From contig CAMYXB010000002.1 of NCBI GenBank assembly GCA_947303145.1, positions 1-34,486 of the forward strand: 34,486 bases of DNA, given 5' to 3'. This DNA comes from an uncultured Clostridia bacterium (GTDB lineage: Bacteria > Bacillota > Clostridia > Christensenellales > UBA1242). The position numbers and the translations under genes are program-made. Every line of letters starts with the position of its first letter. The first letter of the stretch is position 1. Shown piece after piece: positions 1 to 7,716 of this stretch. A model generated the notes under the pieces. That model made no database searches. It saw only the letters and a list, made by a program, of their open reading frames with translations, and was not told the origin of the DNA.

Positions 1-495
<495 letters not shown>

Positions 496-630
496 AAGTC
501 AAATCTTGACAGGCAATAATATTTGTGTCAAAACTTGGATTTCGATATCCACTTGCTCTATATAATATGCAGTTGTGATGGAACTAAAAATTTTACTTGA
601 TTATACCAGATAATTCTGTTATAATACCAT

Positions 631-749
<119 letters not shown>

Positions 750-758
750 ATCATTAAA

Positions 759-782
759 GGCACCGCATGAGGTGTCTTTTTT
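759..782 (+). terminator. Intrinsic terminator of the rRNA operon (copy 1)
   Basis: GGCACC-GCATGA-GGTGTC hairpin followed by TTTTTT, 10 nt after the 5S 3' end. Confidence 0.8.
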
Positions 783-792
783 GTTGCAATTT
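761..792 (+). repeat. 32-nt perfect direct repeat, copy 1 (CACCGCATGAGGTGTCTTTTTTGTTGCAATTT)
   Basis: Identical to 1094-1125 by base-by-base comparison. Confidence 0.95.
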
Positions 793-875
793 ATATCGAT
801 AAAACTCGTATGTCCTAATTTCCCGTTAAAAAGGGCTCCCATTATGAATAAAGTGAATAATGGGAAAAAGCGAAT

Positions 876-960
876 AGATGGCGCCGGCTGACACAGTGAC
901 TTTTTGTCAAAAAAAGTCAAGTCAGAAAAGCCATCGTGTGAGCGCAGGACATTGCCATCT
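876..960 (+). pseudogene. Truncated 5S-like element (85 nt) in the 5S trailer
   Basis: It starts AGATGGCGCC (the 5S gene starts TGATGGTGAC) and ends AGGACATTGCCATCT; 946-959 is identical to the 5S 3' end at 734-747. The ends AGATGGC and GCCATCT are complementary over 7 bp. The interior is replaced by an A/T hairpin (897-919, 9-bp stem). Confidence 0.4.
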
Positions 961-1091
961 CGTCGCTACGTGCTATTGTCTCTCCATGTCAACTTTTCGT
1001 TGCCATATCGCTCGACTTAGCACTAGCTCCTTTTCCCAAAAATTCTTTTTTGAATTTTTGGGAGCCCTGCTTCGCTATCGCTACAACATTT

Positions 1092-1115
1092 GACACCGCA
1101 TGAGGTGTCTTTTTT
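1092..1115 (+). terminator. Intrinsic terminator (copy 2 of the 5S terminator)
   Basis: GACACC-GCATGA-GGTGTC perfect 6-bp stem plus TTTTTT. It lies within repeat copy 2. Confidence 0.8.
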
Positions 1116-1125
1116 GTTGCAATTT
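1094..1125 (+). repeat. 32-nt perfect direct repeat, copy 2
   Basis: Identical to 761-792. The two copies are 333 bp apart. Confidence 0.95.
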
Positions 1126-1234
1126 TTAATACAAAATTTTTCGTGCTCTAGATTGTCAGGCATACATGGTTCTTGTTATGAATAAATATGAGTAGGATAT
1201 AGTAAAAATTACTATTTTTTTTCGTTATTAGGTA

Positions 1235-1263
1235 TTGAAATCTTGTATACTTTGTTGTATAAT
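1235..1263 (+). promoter_or_regulatory. Sigma-70-type promoter for the 1296 gene
   Basis: TTGAAA (1235-1240), 17-nt spacer, TATAAT (1258-1263). The GGAG Shine-Dalgarno is at 1283-1286. Confidence 0.65.
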
Positions 1264-1295
1264 CTTAACAATTATGTATTTGAGGAGAAAAAAAT

Positions 1296-2471
1296 ATGTT
1301 AAATTATGAAAACATTTCAGAAATAGAAAAGAAACATTTGGGAGATTTGTCTTGTGGCATTTTGATTAAAAAAGTTTACAGGGGCCTTAGGTGTGCGTCT
1401 TTTGTTGTAGTAATGAGTGTCGTTGGCTTGTCTGCAATCAATGGTATAGACATCATCAATGCAAACAATAATACAAACAAGATTGTTGACTTGTATAATG
1501 CAGGGAAAATGGACGAAAGTGAAAATGCTCTTGAAGACATGGCTAGATACATACGTAGTAATGACGAGAAGGCTGCTTTTAGTCAGATGTCTACTGGTGA
1601 GAAACTTGAGTATATACAGGACCTTATTTCCAATAGGGTCAAAAAAGAACTGATAGGCGCTTCGCTGGCAATAGTCAGTTCACTCGCTCTTGCTATTTTG
1701 TCAAAATTGTCAGAAAAAGATTTAGAAAAAATTGATGAAGATATTGACAAAGAAATCATTTCCATCTATGAAGATGAAAAATGTAGTCCAGAATTTAAGA
1801 GACTATTTATGCAAAATGATGCAGAAAGAGTGTTAAAATATATCAATATGGAAAAGAGATATCTTAAGACAAGAGAAAAGAAAGTCCGAGCCACCGCTAT
1901 AGAAGAAAAATATCTTCCATATGGAGACTACTATTTAGGCTATAAAAAGGGACAAAGTGACTTCTACAGCCGTTGCAACTTCGGCAGTGGCAATATCTAC
2001 GAAAAGGCTATGTTTTATTTTGGTAAAGGGCTTTCCCCAGAAAAAATTGACAAAAAACTCGCCGAAGTGTCATACAAGAGAGGGTTCTTTCGCTCTGCAG
2101 GGCTCTATGTAGCCAATACATTTGCGCTGGGCAAAGAACTTTCCCCAGAGGAGCAAGAGATTTTCTCTAATATGGAAAATCTAAGCCTCGATAATGTCAT
2201 GAATATAGACAAATATAGCGCCAGCGAGGTGAAAGATAGAGCAGAGTTCTGGTATGGCTATGTAGAAGGCTTCAAAAGTGAAATCAATAGCCCATTCTCT
2301 TCCATGGACTACGACTTGCATGAACTCAGCCAAGAGGTGAGAGACCTTATATCAGAGAAGTTGGACACCAATAGTTATAAAAATGCATTCCTAAACGGCG
2401 TCCTAGATGGAATATTTGACTTAACTGAAAGAGTTGAAAAGAAGCAAGCCACAAAAGAGCAAACTATATAA
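1296..2471 (+). CDS. Hypothetical membrane protein, 391 aa, two predicted TM helices, no recognisable domain
   Basis: Long ORF with its own promoter, an SD and a downstream terminator. Hydrophobic stretches are FVVVMSVVGLSAINGI and LIGASLAIVSSLALAIL. The rest is charged and aromatic-rich. Confidence 0.8.
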   Translation: MLNYENISEIEKKHLGDLSCGILIKKVYRGLRCASFVVVMSVVGLSAINGIDIINANNNTNKIVDLYNAGKMDESENALEDMARYIRSNDEKAAFSQMSTGEKLEYIQDLISNRVKKELIGASLAIVSSLALAILSKLSEKDLEKIDEDIDKEIISIYEDEKCSPEFKRLFMQNDAERVLKYINMEKRYLKTREKKVRATAIEEKYLPYGDYYLGYKKGQSDFYSRCNFGSGNIYEKAMFYFGKGLSPEKIDKKLAEVSYKRGFFRSAGLYVANTFALGKELSPEEQEIFSNMENLSLDNVMNIDKYSASEVKDRAEFWYGYVEGFKSEINSPFSSMDYDLHELSQEVRDLISEKLDTNSYKNAFLNGVLDGIFDLTERVEKKQATKEQTI

Positions 2472-2474
2472 TTT

Positions 2475-2517
2475 CTATAAAAAATTATACATCAGTAGGT
2501 GTATAATTTTTTTATAG
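2475..2517. terminator. Bidirectional A/T-rich terminator between convergent genes
   Basis: CTATAAAAAATTATACA / TGTATAATTTTTTTATAG, a ~17-bp stem with one bulge and an 8-nt loop, with A- and T-runs on both sides. Confidence 0.7.
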
Positions 2518-2609
2518 ATAGTATCGTAGTTGTTTTTATTAATCGTTGTTAAACCTAGCAATAACACTCAATAGATGTATTGTTAAATTAGATTTCGCTA
2601 TCTATGTAT

Positions 2610-2903
2610 CTATGACACAATATCAAAATCAATTACAATACTTGCATCTGCATGTAGTGAAATCCAAAGAGCATCCGAATAAAAATCACCACTAAAAACA
2701 TCATATTCTGTGCAATTTATTGAGAGATAGCCATCATAATAATATCCATCGGCTACTATTGTTTCAATGTAAAGGAAATTTTCTTCTTCTGTTTTTGGAA
2801 CGTTAAAGTTCATAGAACCGGATGGTGAGTTGAAGCTTCCTAATAGATTGCCTCCTTCATTGTCATAAACATTCAAACTTACAAAAAATTGACTATTTTG
2901 CAC
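2610..2903 (-). CDS. 97-codon ORF in the same frame as, and 42 nt downstream of, the surface-protein stop; likely the C-terminal part of one interrupted gene
   Basis: Frame check: (2946-2904)=42, and the intervening 14 codons (VASNYYNVTISFGS) are open. The only start is GTG at 2903, with GGAAG just 1 nt upstream, which is poor SD spacing. Confidence 0.5.
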   Translation of the reverse strand: MQNSQFFVSLNVYDNEGGNLLGSFNSPSGSMNFNVPKTEEENFLYIETIVADGYYYDGYLSINCTEYDVFSGDFYSDALWISLHADASIVIDFDIVS

Positions 2904-2945
2904 ACTTCCAAATGATATTGTTACGTTATAGTAATTAGAAGCAAC

Positions 2946-4043
2946 TTATTCCAACGAATATACTCTCTTTACTATTCCATTTGTAACAGTCTCAGACATA
3001 TAAGGAGTTTCATAATTATTTTTTCTCACAATTCCATAATAACCTTCTTCCTCAGGGAAATAAATGATAAAAGTTCCACCACTCATTACGACATTACCAC
3101 AAAAATCTCCCGAACTATGTACAGTGACACTACCACCCGAAACCACTATTGATGGGTTTCCTTCTTCGAATGTTGTATTTTGAATCTCAGTTGTGCCACC
3201 ATTTATATACACAGTATCTGCAATAGTGCAATTATTGATGGTCACACTGCCACTATTGATGGTTATGCTTCCATCAATAGCATGACCTTGTCCGTTGATA
3301 GTGACGGTGGCGCCGTTGGTGATAATAATATCAGACTCTATATCTTCTGTCATATTCAGAACAGTGTTAGTAGAAATTTCTGGGTCAAAAGTAGTTGCTG
3401 TATTTTCCACACTCCACGTTAGGCCGTTGGTGGTGTCGGAATTGTAGTTGCTGTTTAGATAAGCGTTGGTTATTTCTACAAGCACATAGAAGTATTTGGT
3501 CTGTTGTGCACTAATATATACATTAGTAGGAGCAGAGGAGGAATTTACACTGGATTTGAATTCATTGAGTTCAGATACAGTAGGGGTGGAACCTGCACAA
3601 TATTTGGTGGGAGATGCTAGATACTTCACTGTGACATTGCTAGTTGATGTAGTCCCGTCTGTAAGGCTGACCTTGATGCAATATCCGCCCGCACTGGCAT
3701 TGTTGGTGAAAGCATAGGTAAATAAGACATATTGCTTGTTTACTGTGAGGTTAATATTTGATGTGGCAGAGAGTGTCTTGACAGATGTGTTGCTTGCTGG
3801 GGTGAATGTGACACTGGTGGCATTGTTGTTGGAAGTGTCCACCAAGTCTACCTTAGCACCAGTATCCTGCAATTGATAGAATGCACTGGCAGTGAAGGAC
3901 ACATTGTCTGCGATATAAGTGACGTTTAGCGTCCCTCTTACAGTTTGACTGGTGGCGGAAAGCCCAAAAAAGATGCTTGAAATTATAAATAATACAATAG
4001 AGCTAACCGAGATTATAGATGTAAATAAATTGTTTTTCTTCAT
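2946..4043 (-). CDS. N-terminally anchored surface protein, 365 aa as annotated, with a C-terminal beta-solenoid-like repeat region; ends at an in-frame TAA
   Basis: N-terminus MKKNNLFTSIISVSSIVLFIISSIFFGL is a signal/anchor sequence and the central region is Thr/Ser/Asn-rich. The C-terminal part has short repeats (ITNGATVTINGQGHAIDGSITINSGSVTINNCTIADTVYINGGTTEIQ), which I infer to be a parallel-beta-helix type. A consensus promoter and SD lie upstream. Confidence 0.85.
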   Translation of the reverse strand: MKKNNLFTSIISVSSIVLFIISSIFFGLSATSQTVRGTLNVTYIADNVSFTASAFYQLQDTGAKVDLVDTSNNNATSVTFTPASNTSVKTLSATSNINLTVNKQYVLFTYAFTNNASAGGYCIKVSLTDGTTSTSNVTVKYLASPTKYCAGSTPTVSELNEFKSSVNSSSAPTNVYISAQQTKYFYVLVEITNAYLNSNYNSDTTNGLTWSVENTATTFDPEISTNTVLNMTEDIESDIIITNGATVTINGQGHAIDGSITINSGSVTINNCTIADTVYINGGTTEIQNTTFEEGNPSIVVSGGSVTVHSSGDFCGNVVMSGGTFIIYFPEEEGYYGIVRKNNYETPYMSETVTNGIVKRVYSLE

Positions 4044-4076
4044 AATTTTATTCCTTTTATTATAGTAATTATCAAC

Positions 4077-4127
4077 ATTTTACATCATAAAGTGATGTAT
4101 GTCAAATATTTTACACCACTTTATGAT
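4077..4127. promoter_or_regulatory. Divergent promoter/operator region of XRE cassette 1
   Basis: Minus-strand promoter: TTGACA (plus-strand coordinates 4100-4105), 17 nt, TAAAAT (4077-4082). An 11-bp inverted repeat ATCATAAAGTG (4084-4094) / CACTTTATGAT (4117-4127) has one arm in that promoter's spacer and the other over the -10 area of the XRE gene. Confidence 0.7.
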
Positions 4128-4138
4128 ATATTTTTATT

Positions 4139-4351
4139 GTGGATATTGCAAAAAAAGTTGGTGGGAATATTAAGGAGCTCAGAAAACTGAGAGGTCTCAC
4201 CCAGAAGGAGATGGCGGGATACCTCAATATGACTCAACAGCAGTATAGTAGATTTGAAAACGGGGTGTTTGAATTAAATTATTCCCAAATCCTCGAAATC
4301 TGCAGGCTACTTAGAACTACGCCTAACGATGTCTACGACTACTATTGCTAA
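4139..4351 (+). CDS. XRE-family helix-turn-helix transcriptional regulator (70 aa)
   Basis: The HTH_3 pattern IKELRKLRGLTQKEMAGYLNMTQQQYSRFENG is present. The start is GTG; an in-frame TGA at 4124-4126 rules out any start upstream of 4127. There is no SD in the preceding 15 nt. Confidence 0.85.
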   Translation: MDIAKKVGGNIKELRKLRGLTQKEMAGYLNMTQQQYSRFENGVFELNYSQILEICRLLRTTPNDVYDYYC

Positions 4352-4384
4352 AAAAGAGGACATAAAGTAGTCGTCTTTTTTTTT
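4335..4384 (+). terminator. Terminator after XRE gene 1
   Basis: ACGACTAC (4335-4342) pairs with GTAGTCGT (4367-4374), followed by C plus T9 (4376-4384). An alternative shorter hairpin lies at 4355-4376. Confidence 0.5.
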
Positions 4385-4523
4385 GTAAAAACAATTTTTG
4401 TATATTATTTAATAAAAACATATTGAAATAAAGGCGATACTGGTGGGGAAACTGCCATGTAATGAAAAAATCTTTAATTATAGGACAAATTTTCTGTTTT
4501 ATTTTCTTTTGGGTGAATAGTGC

Positions 4524-4552
4524 TTGCATTTTTTGTCGAAGAAAATTATAAT
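4524..4552 (+). promoter_or_regulatory. Promoter of mscL
   Basis: TTGCAT (4524-4529), 17 nt, TATAAT (4547-4552). Confidence 0.65.
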
Positions 4553-4582
4553 GGAGATATACATATTGATAGGTAAGGTAAT

Positions 4583-5200
4583 ATGAGAAAGTTTTTCAAA
4601 GAATTTAAGGAATTTATATCTAGAGGTAATGTGCTAGACCTAGCGGTGGCTGTTATAATAGGTGGAGCGTTCTCTGCCATTGTCACAGCACTCACGAACA
4701 AGATTATCATGCCGCTGGTCAACTATCTTCTCATGCTGATAGGAGGCAAAGATGGGCTGGAGGGGGCATATACTTTCCTTAGCAAAGTATACACAGACGG
4801 CTCGCTGGATATGGCCAAGAGTATATACATTGATTGGGGAGCATTCATAGCCGCTATATTTAACTTCCTCATTATAGCACTCACATTGTTCACTATTATC
4901 AAGACATTCAATTATTACAAGAAGAAGATGGCTGTTATCAATTCCAAAGTGCTCACCCTCACCAAAAAGGAAAAGAGGGAGGAACTTATCTCTATGCACA
5001 AAGAGGCGAGGGAGCGAGGTGTGTCCTTCAGGACCATTCGCCGTGAGAGAGAGGCTGCTCGTGAGGCAGAGGCCAAGAAAATGGAAGAAGAGAAACAGGC
5101 AGAGGAAGAGAGGAAAAAGCAGGAAGAATATGAGATGGCTCACGAGAGTGAGGCTCTTCTGAGAGAGATTAGAGATATATTGAGGGAGAATAGAAAATAA
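4583..5200 (+). CDS. mscL: Large-conductance mechanosensitive channel MscL with a ~70-aa K/E/R-rich C-terminal extension
   Basis: N-terminus [34 protein letters not shown] is the MscL signature, followed by a second TM helix. It is 205 aa against the usual ~130-150. Confidence 0.9.
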   Translation: MRKFFKEFKEFISRGNVLDLAVAVIIGGAFSAIVTALTNKIIMPLVNYLLMLIGGKDGLEGAYTFLSKVYTDGSLDMAKSIYIDWGAFIAAIFNFLIIALTLFTIIKTFNYYKKKMAVINSKVLTLTKKEKREELISMHKEARERGVSFRTIRREREAAREAEAKKMEEEKQAEEERKKQEEYEMAHESEALLREIRDILRENRK

Positions 5201-5262
5201 TATTTTTCCATTATTTGCAGATGACAATGATAAAATTTGCTATTAGAATTTGAGAGGGAGAC

Positions 5263-5862
5263 ATGACTTTATATCTGTGCATCATCATAGTTGCCACTTT
5301 TCTGCTGGTGCTATTCAATGCGTTGTTTGCAGGACTAGGTGTCAGCGTGTGGGCGATAATAATGTGGTCAGTGCTGGGTGTGGTGCTATCCATAATCTTG
5401 GACGGCATAGTAGTGCTGGCAGTCAGGCTGAGTGGTGAGAGAATAAACATAGACGGCGCCATATTCAAGGAGAGAAAGGGCGAGAGAAGACTGCTGGAAA
5501 GGCTGGGCATAAGGAAATGGAAAGACCTTATACCAGAAATGGGTAAGAAACTCAAGTATTTCGACAAGACGACGGTTGCTAGGGAAGTGAATAGCGAATA
5601 TTTTAGAAAATTTATTCATGAGACTTGCTTGGCGGAGTTAATGCACATATTTTCCCTCATAGTGGCTCCTCTTTTGCTTGTTATACTGCCACTGAAGTAT
5701 CTGCTTAACATATCTCTTCCCATAGTTTTGGTCAATATTTTTCTCAACATTCTACCGATATTGGTGCAACGATACACTAGGCCGAAACTTAGAATAGCAT
5801 ATCTTAGACAACTGAAAAAAGAGCAAAATACTAGAGGAGAGAATACAGATGAAACAATTTGA
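5263..5862 (+). CDS. Membrane protein of the CrtO (glycosyl-4,4'-diaponeurosporenoate acyltransferase-like) family
   Basis: Motifs recalled from S. aureus CrtO are present: RKWK, ETCLAELMH (ET..AEL.H) and VQRYTRPKL (VQRY.RP.L). It has multiple TM helices. The SD is GAGAGGGAG. Confidence 0.7.
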   Translation: MTLYLCIIIVATFLLVLFNALFAGLGVSVWAIIMWSVLGVVLSIILDGIVVLAVRLSGERINIDGAIFKERKGERRLLERLGIRKWKDLIPEMGKKLKYFDKTTVAREVNSEYFRKFIHETCLAELMHIFSLIVAPLLLVILPLKYLLNISLPIVLVNIFLNILPILVQRYTRPKLRIAYLRQLKKEQNTRGENTDETI

Positions 5863-6742
5863 AATATCCACAGACAGCACTTGCGACCTATATGCACACG
5901 AATATGAGGAAATGGACATAGCCTTCGCCCCACTGGAATACAACGTCAGCGAGGGGGAGGACCTAGTGGTTGAAAAAGACGATTATAAGGACAAGAGTCA
6001 ATATGTCGCATTTTACAATAGATTGAGGAATGGTGCTATAGCCAAGACTTCCATTCTCAGTGTCCAAGCCCATGTAGATATGTTCACTGCATTGGCACAG
6101 AGGGGTGTGAAGTGCCTACTGCACATCTCGCAGGGATATGGCCTGAGTCCTACGGTGGACAATGCCAATACTGCTATAGAGATGGTCAAAAAGGATTATC
6201 CAGACATAGACTATGTGGCAGTGGAGAGTGACACCACCACAATAGGTGAGGGCATGCTAGTCAAGGCGGCGGTCAAGATGAGAGATAGAGGGGACAGCAG
6301 AGATGATGCCCTTGCAAAAATTAACGAAATTAAACACCATATCCAGCACTTTATCCTCGCTAATGACCTCAAGTTCCTCGCAAGAGGCGGGAGAATAAGC
6401 AAGGCGAGTGCTAGTATAGGCTCATTCTTGCAGGTTAAGCCTATTATAGAATTTGGCAGAGATGGAAAACTAAAAGTGTGTAGAAAGGAGATTGGGCTCA
6501 AAAAAGCCCTCTCGTCCATAGTAAATGATTTTGCTAGTTTTACTATGTGTGAGGAATTTCCTTTCATCGAGATAGTTCACACAGACAATGAGCCCCTTGC
6601 TCTTGAATTGCAAGCGAGGTTTAAGGAAAAATATGGCATTGAGCCAGAGATAAGGATAATGGGACCCATCATTGGTGCCCATGTAGGCCCCGGCTCTGTG
6701 GCTTATGGATTTATTAGCAACGAAGAGAGGCCTTTCGCATAG
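5849..6742 (+). CDS. degV: DegV-family fatty-acid-binding protein (FakB-like)
   Basis: The DegV layout is typical: the protein starts ISTDSTCDL and contains SQGYGLSPT. The start overlaps the preceding gene by 14 nt. The SD is GGAGAG. Confidence 0.88.
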   Translation: MKQFEISTDSTCDLYAHEYEEMDIAFAPLEYNVSEGEDLVVEKDDYKDKSQYVAFYNRLRNGAIAKTSILSVQAHVDMFTALAQRGVKCLLHISQGYGLSPTVDNANTAIEMVKKDYPDIDYVAVESDTTTIGEGMLVKAAVKMRDRGDSRDDALAKINEIKHHIQHFILANDLKFLARGGRISKASASIGSFLQVKPIIEFGRDGKLKVCRKEIGLKKALSSIVNDFASFTMCEEFPFIEIVHTDNEPLALELQARFKEKYGIEPEIRIMGPIIGAHVGPGSVAYGFISNEERPFA

Positions 6743-7608
6743 TGGCTTGCTTTGATTGTCCTAGAATGTGTAAGGCAGGATCCTTTTGTGGCAAAGAGGA
6801 AGGCAAAGTTCGCATAGCCAAGGTTATGCGACATTTTTTTGAGGAGCCCATCATCTGTGAGGAGAAAAGAGGTTGCGGAGCCATATTTTTCTCCTATTGC
6901 TCCTTAAGATGTGCTTATTGCCAAAATTATCCCATATCTCATGAAGGAAGAGGAATAGATTATGACAACGCTGGTCTAAAAAAACTGATGCAAACTGTGG
7001 CAGGTAGCGATGTCACATCGCTAGACCTTGTCACGCCCACTCATTACACATCAGTTTTATTGGACGTTTTTAGCGATTTTCACTCACCAGTCCCAGTGGT
7101 GTGGAATACCAGTGGATATGAGAGGAGCGAAAATATAGAGAAATTGTCAAAATTTGTTGACATATTTTTATTCGATTTCAAATATTGTGATAACAATCTC
7201 TCTATCAAATATTCCAAGGCGACAGATTATTTTGACAAATGTATGTCCGCTCTTAAGGCCGCTAGAAGATGTATCCCAGAGGATATTATAGAAAATGGTG
7301 TTATGAAGAAAGGTATCATTGTTCGTCATTTAGTCCTGCCAGGGCATATAGACGACTCTGTGAAAATATTCGAGAAGATAAAGGAAGAATTAGGCACAGA
7401 TTTGTTCGTCAGTGTGATGTCGCAATTTTCACCCTGCTACAAGGCAGTGGAGTGCGGGCTAGATAGACCTCTTTTGCCTTTGGAATATAAAAAAGTAAAG
7501 GCGGCCATCAATCGCATGGGATTTGACAAAGGATTCTTCCAAGAAACTTCCAGCGCCAGCCTAGATTACACTCCAGATTTTGACATTTCAAAGCACATTG
7601 AATTGTAA
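6742..7608 (+). CDS. Radical SAM protein, PflX-like (pyruvate formate-lyase activase homologue, COG1313-type)
   Basis: The CxxxCxxC motif CSLRCAYCQN is present, with an N-terminal Cys cluster CFDCPRMC. The GTG start overlaps the degV stop (TAGTG). Confidence 0.8.
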   Translation: MACFDCPRMCKAGSFCGKEEGKVRIAKVMRHFFEEPIICEEKRGCGAIFFSYCSLRCAYCQNYPISHEGRGIDYDNAGLKKLMQTVAGSDVTSLDLVTPTHYTSVLLDVFSDFHSPVPVVWNTSGYERSENIEKLSKFVDIFLFDFKYCDNNLSIKYSKATDYFDKCMSALKAARRCIPEDIIENGVMKKGIIVRHLVLPGHIDDSVKIFEKIKEELGTDLFVSVMSQFSPCYKAVECGLDRPLLPLEYKKVKAAINRMGFDKGFFQETSSASLDYTPDFDISKHIEL

Positions 7609-7645
7609 TATATTTGTGCAAAATGACTAAAATAATTTTTTAGTA

Positions 7646-7674
7646 TTGACACATATTCTTTCTTGTGATAGAAT
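7646..7674 (+). promoter_or_regulatory. Promoter of the 7717 gene
   Basis: TTGACA (7646-7651), 17 nt ending in TGA (extended -10), TAGAAT (7669-7674). Confidence 0.65.
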
Positions 7675-7716
7675 ACGTTTAGAAACCTTAATCAAGTAAA
7701 AAAGAGGAGAAAAGTT

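Noticed and set aside
1069-1076. Possible repeat family linking the 5S trailer and the 17390-17633 segment (shared GCTTCGCT at 17563-17570, TCGCT-rich motifs)
   Set aside because: Only an 8-mer is identical and the flanking similarity is weak. One such match is expected by chance in a 34-kb window on two strands.
878-1093. 71-aa ORF (and 732..920 on the minus strand) in the 5S trailer
   Set aside because: There is no SD. The sequence is Cys/His/Ser-rich and not protein-like. The ORFs span hairpins and 5S-derived fragments, so I treat the region as noncoding.
793-1093. Possible tRNA gene(s) downstream of 5S, as is common in Firmicutes rrn operons
   Set aside because: I found no GGTTCGA-type T-loop. 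The 7-bp terminal pairing of 876-960 encloses a 9-bp A/T hairpin that is incompatible with a cloverleaf.
2946-2948. Alternative genetic code (TAA reassignment) as the explanation for the in-frame stop
   Set aside because: Many conserved genes in the window terminate at TAA at their expected ends (for example rpsJ, eno, rpmA). TGA and TAG are also used as normal stops.
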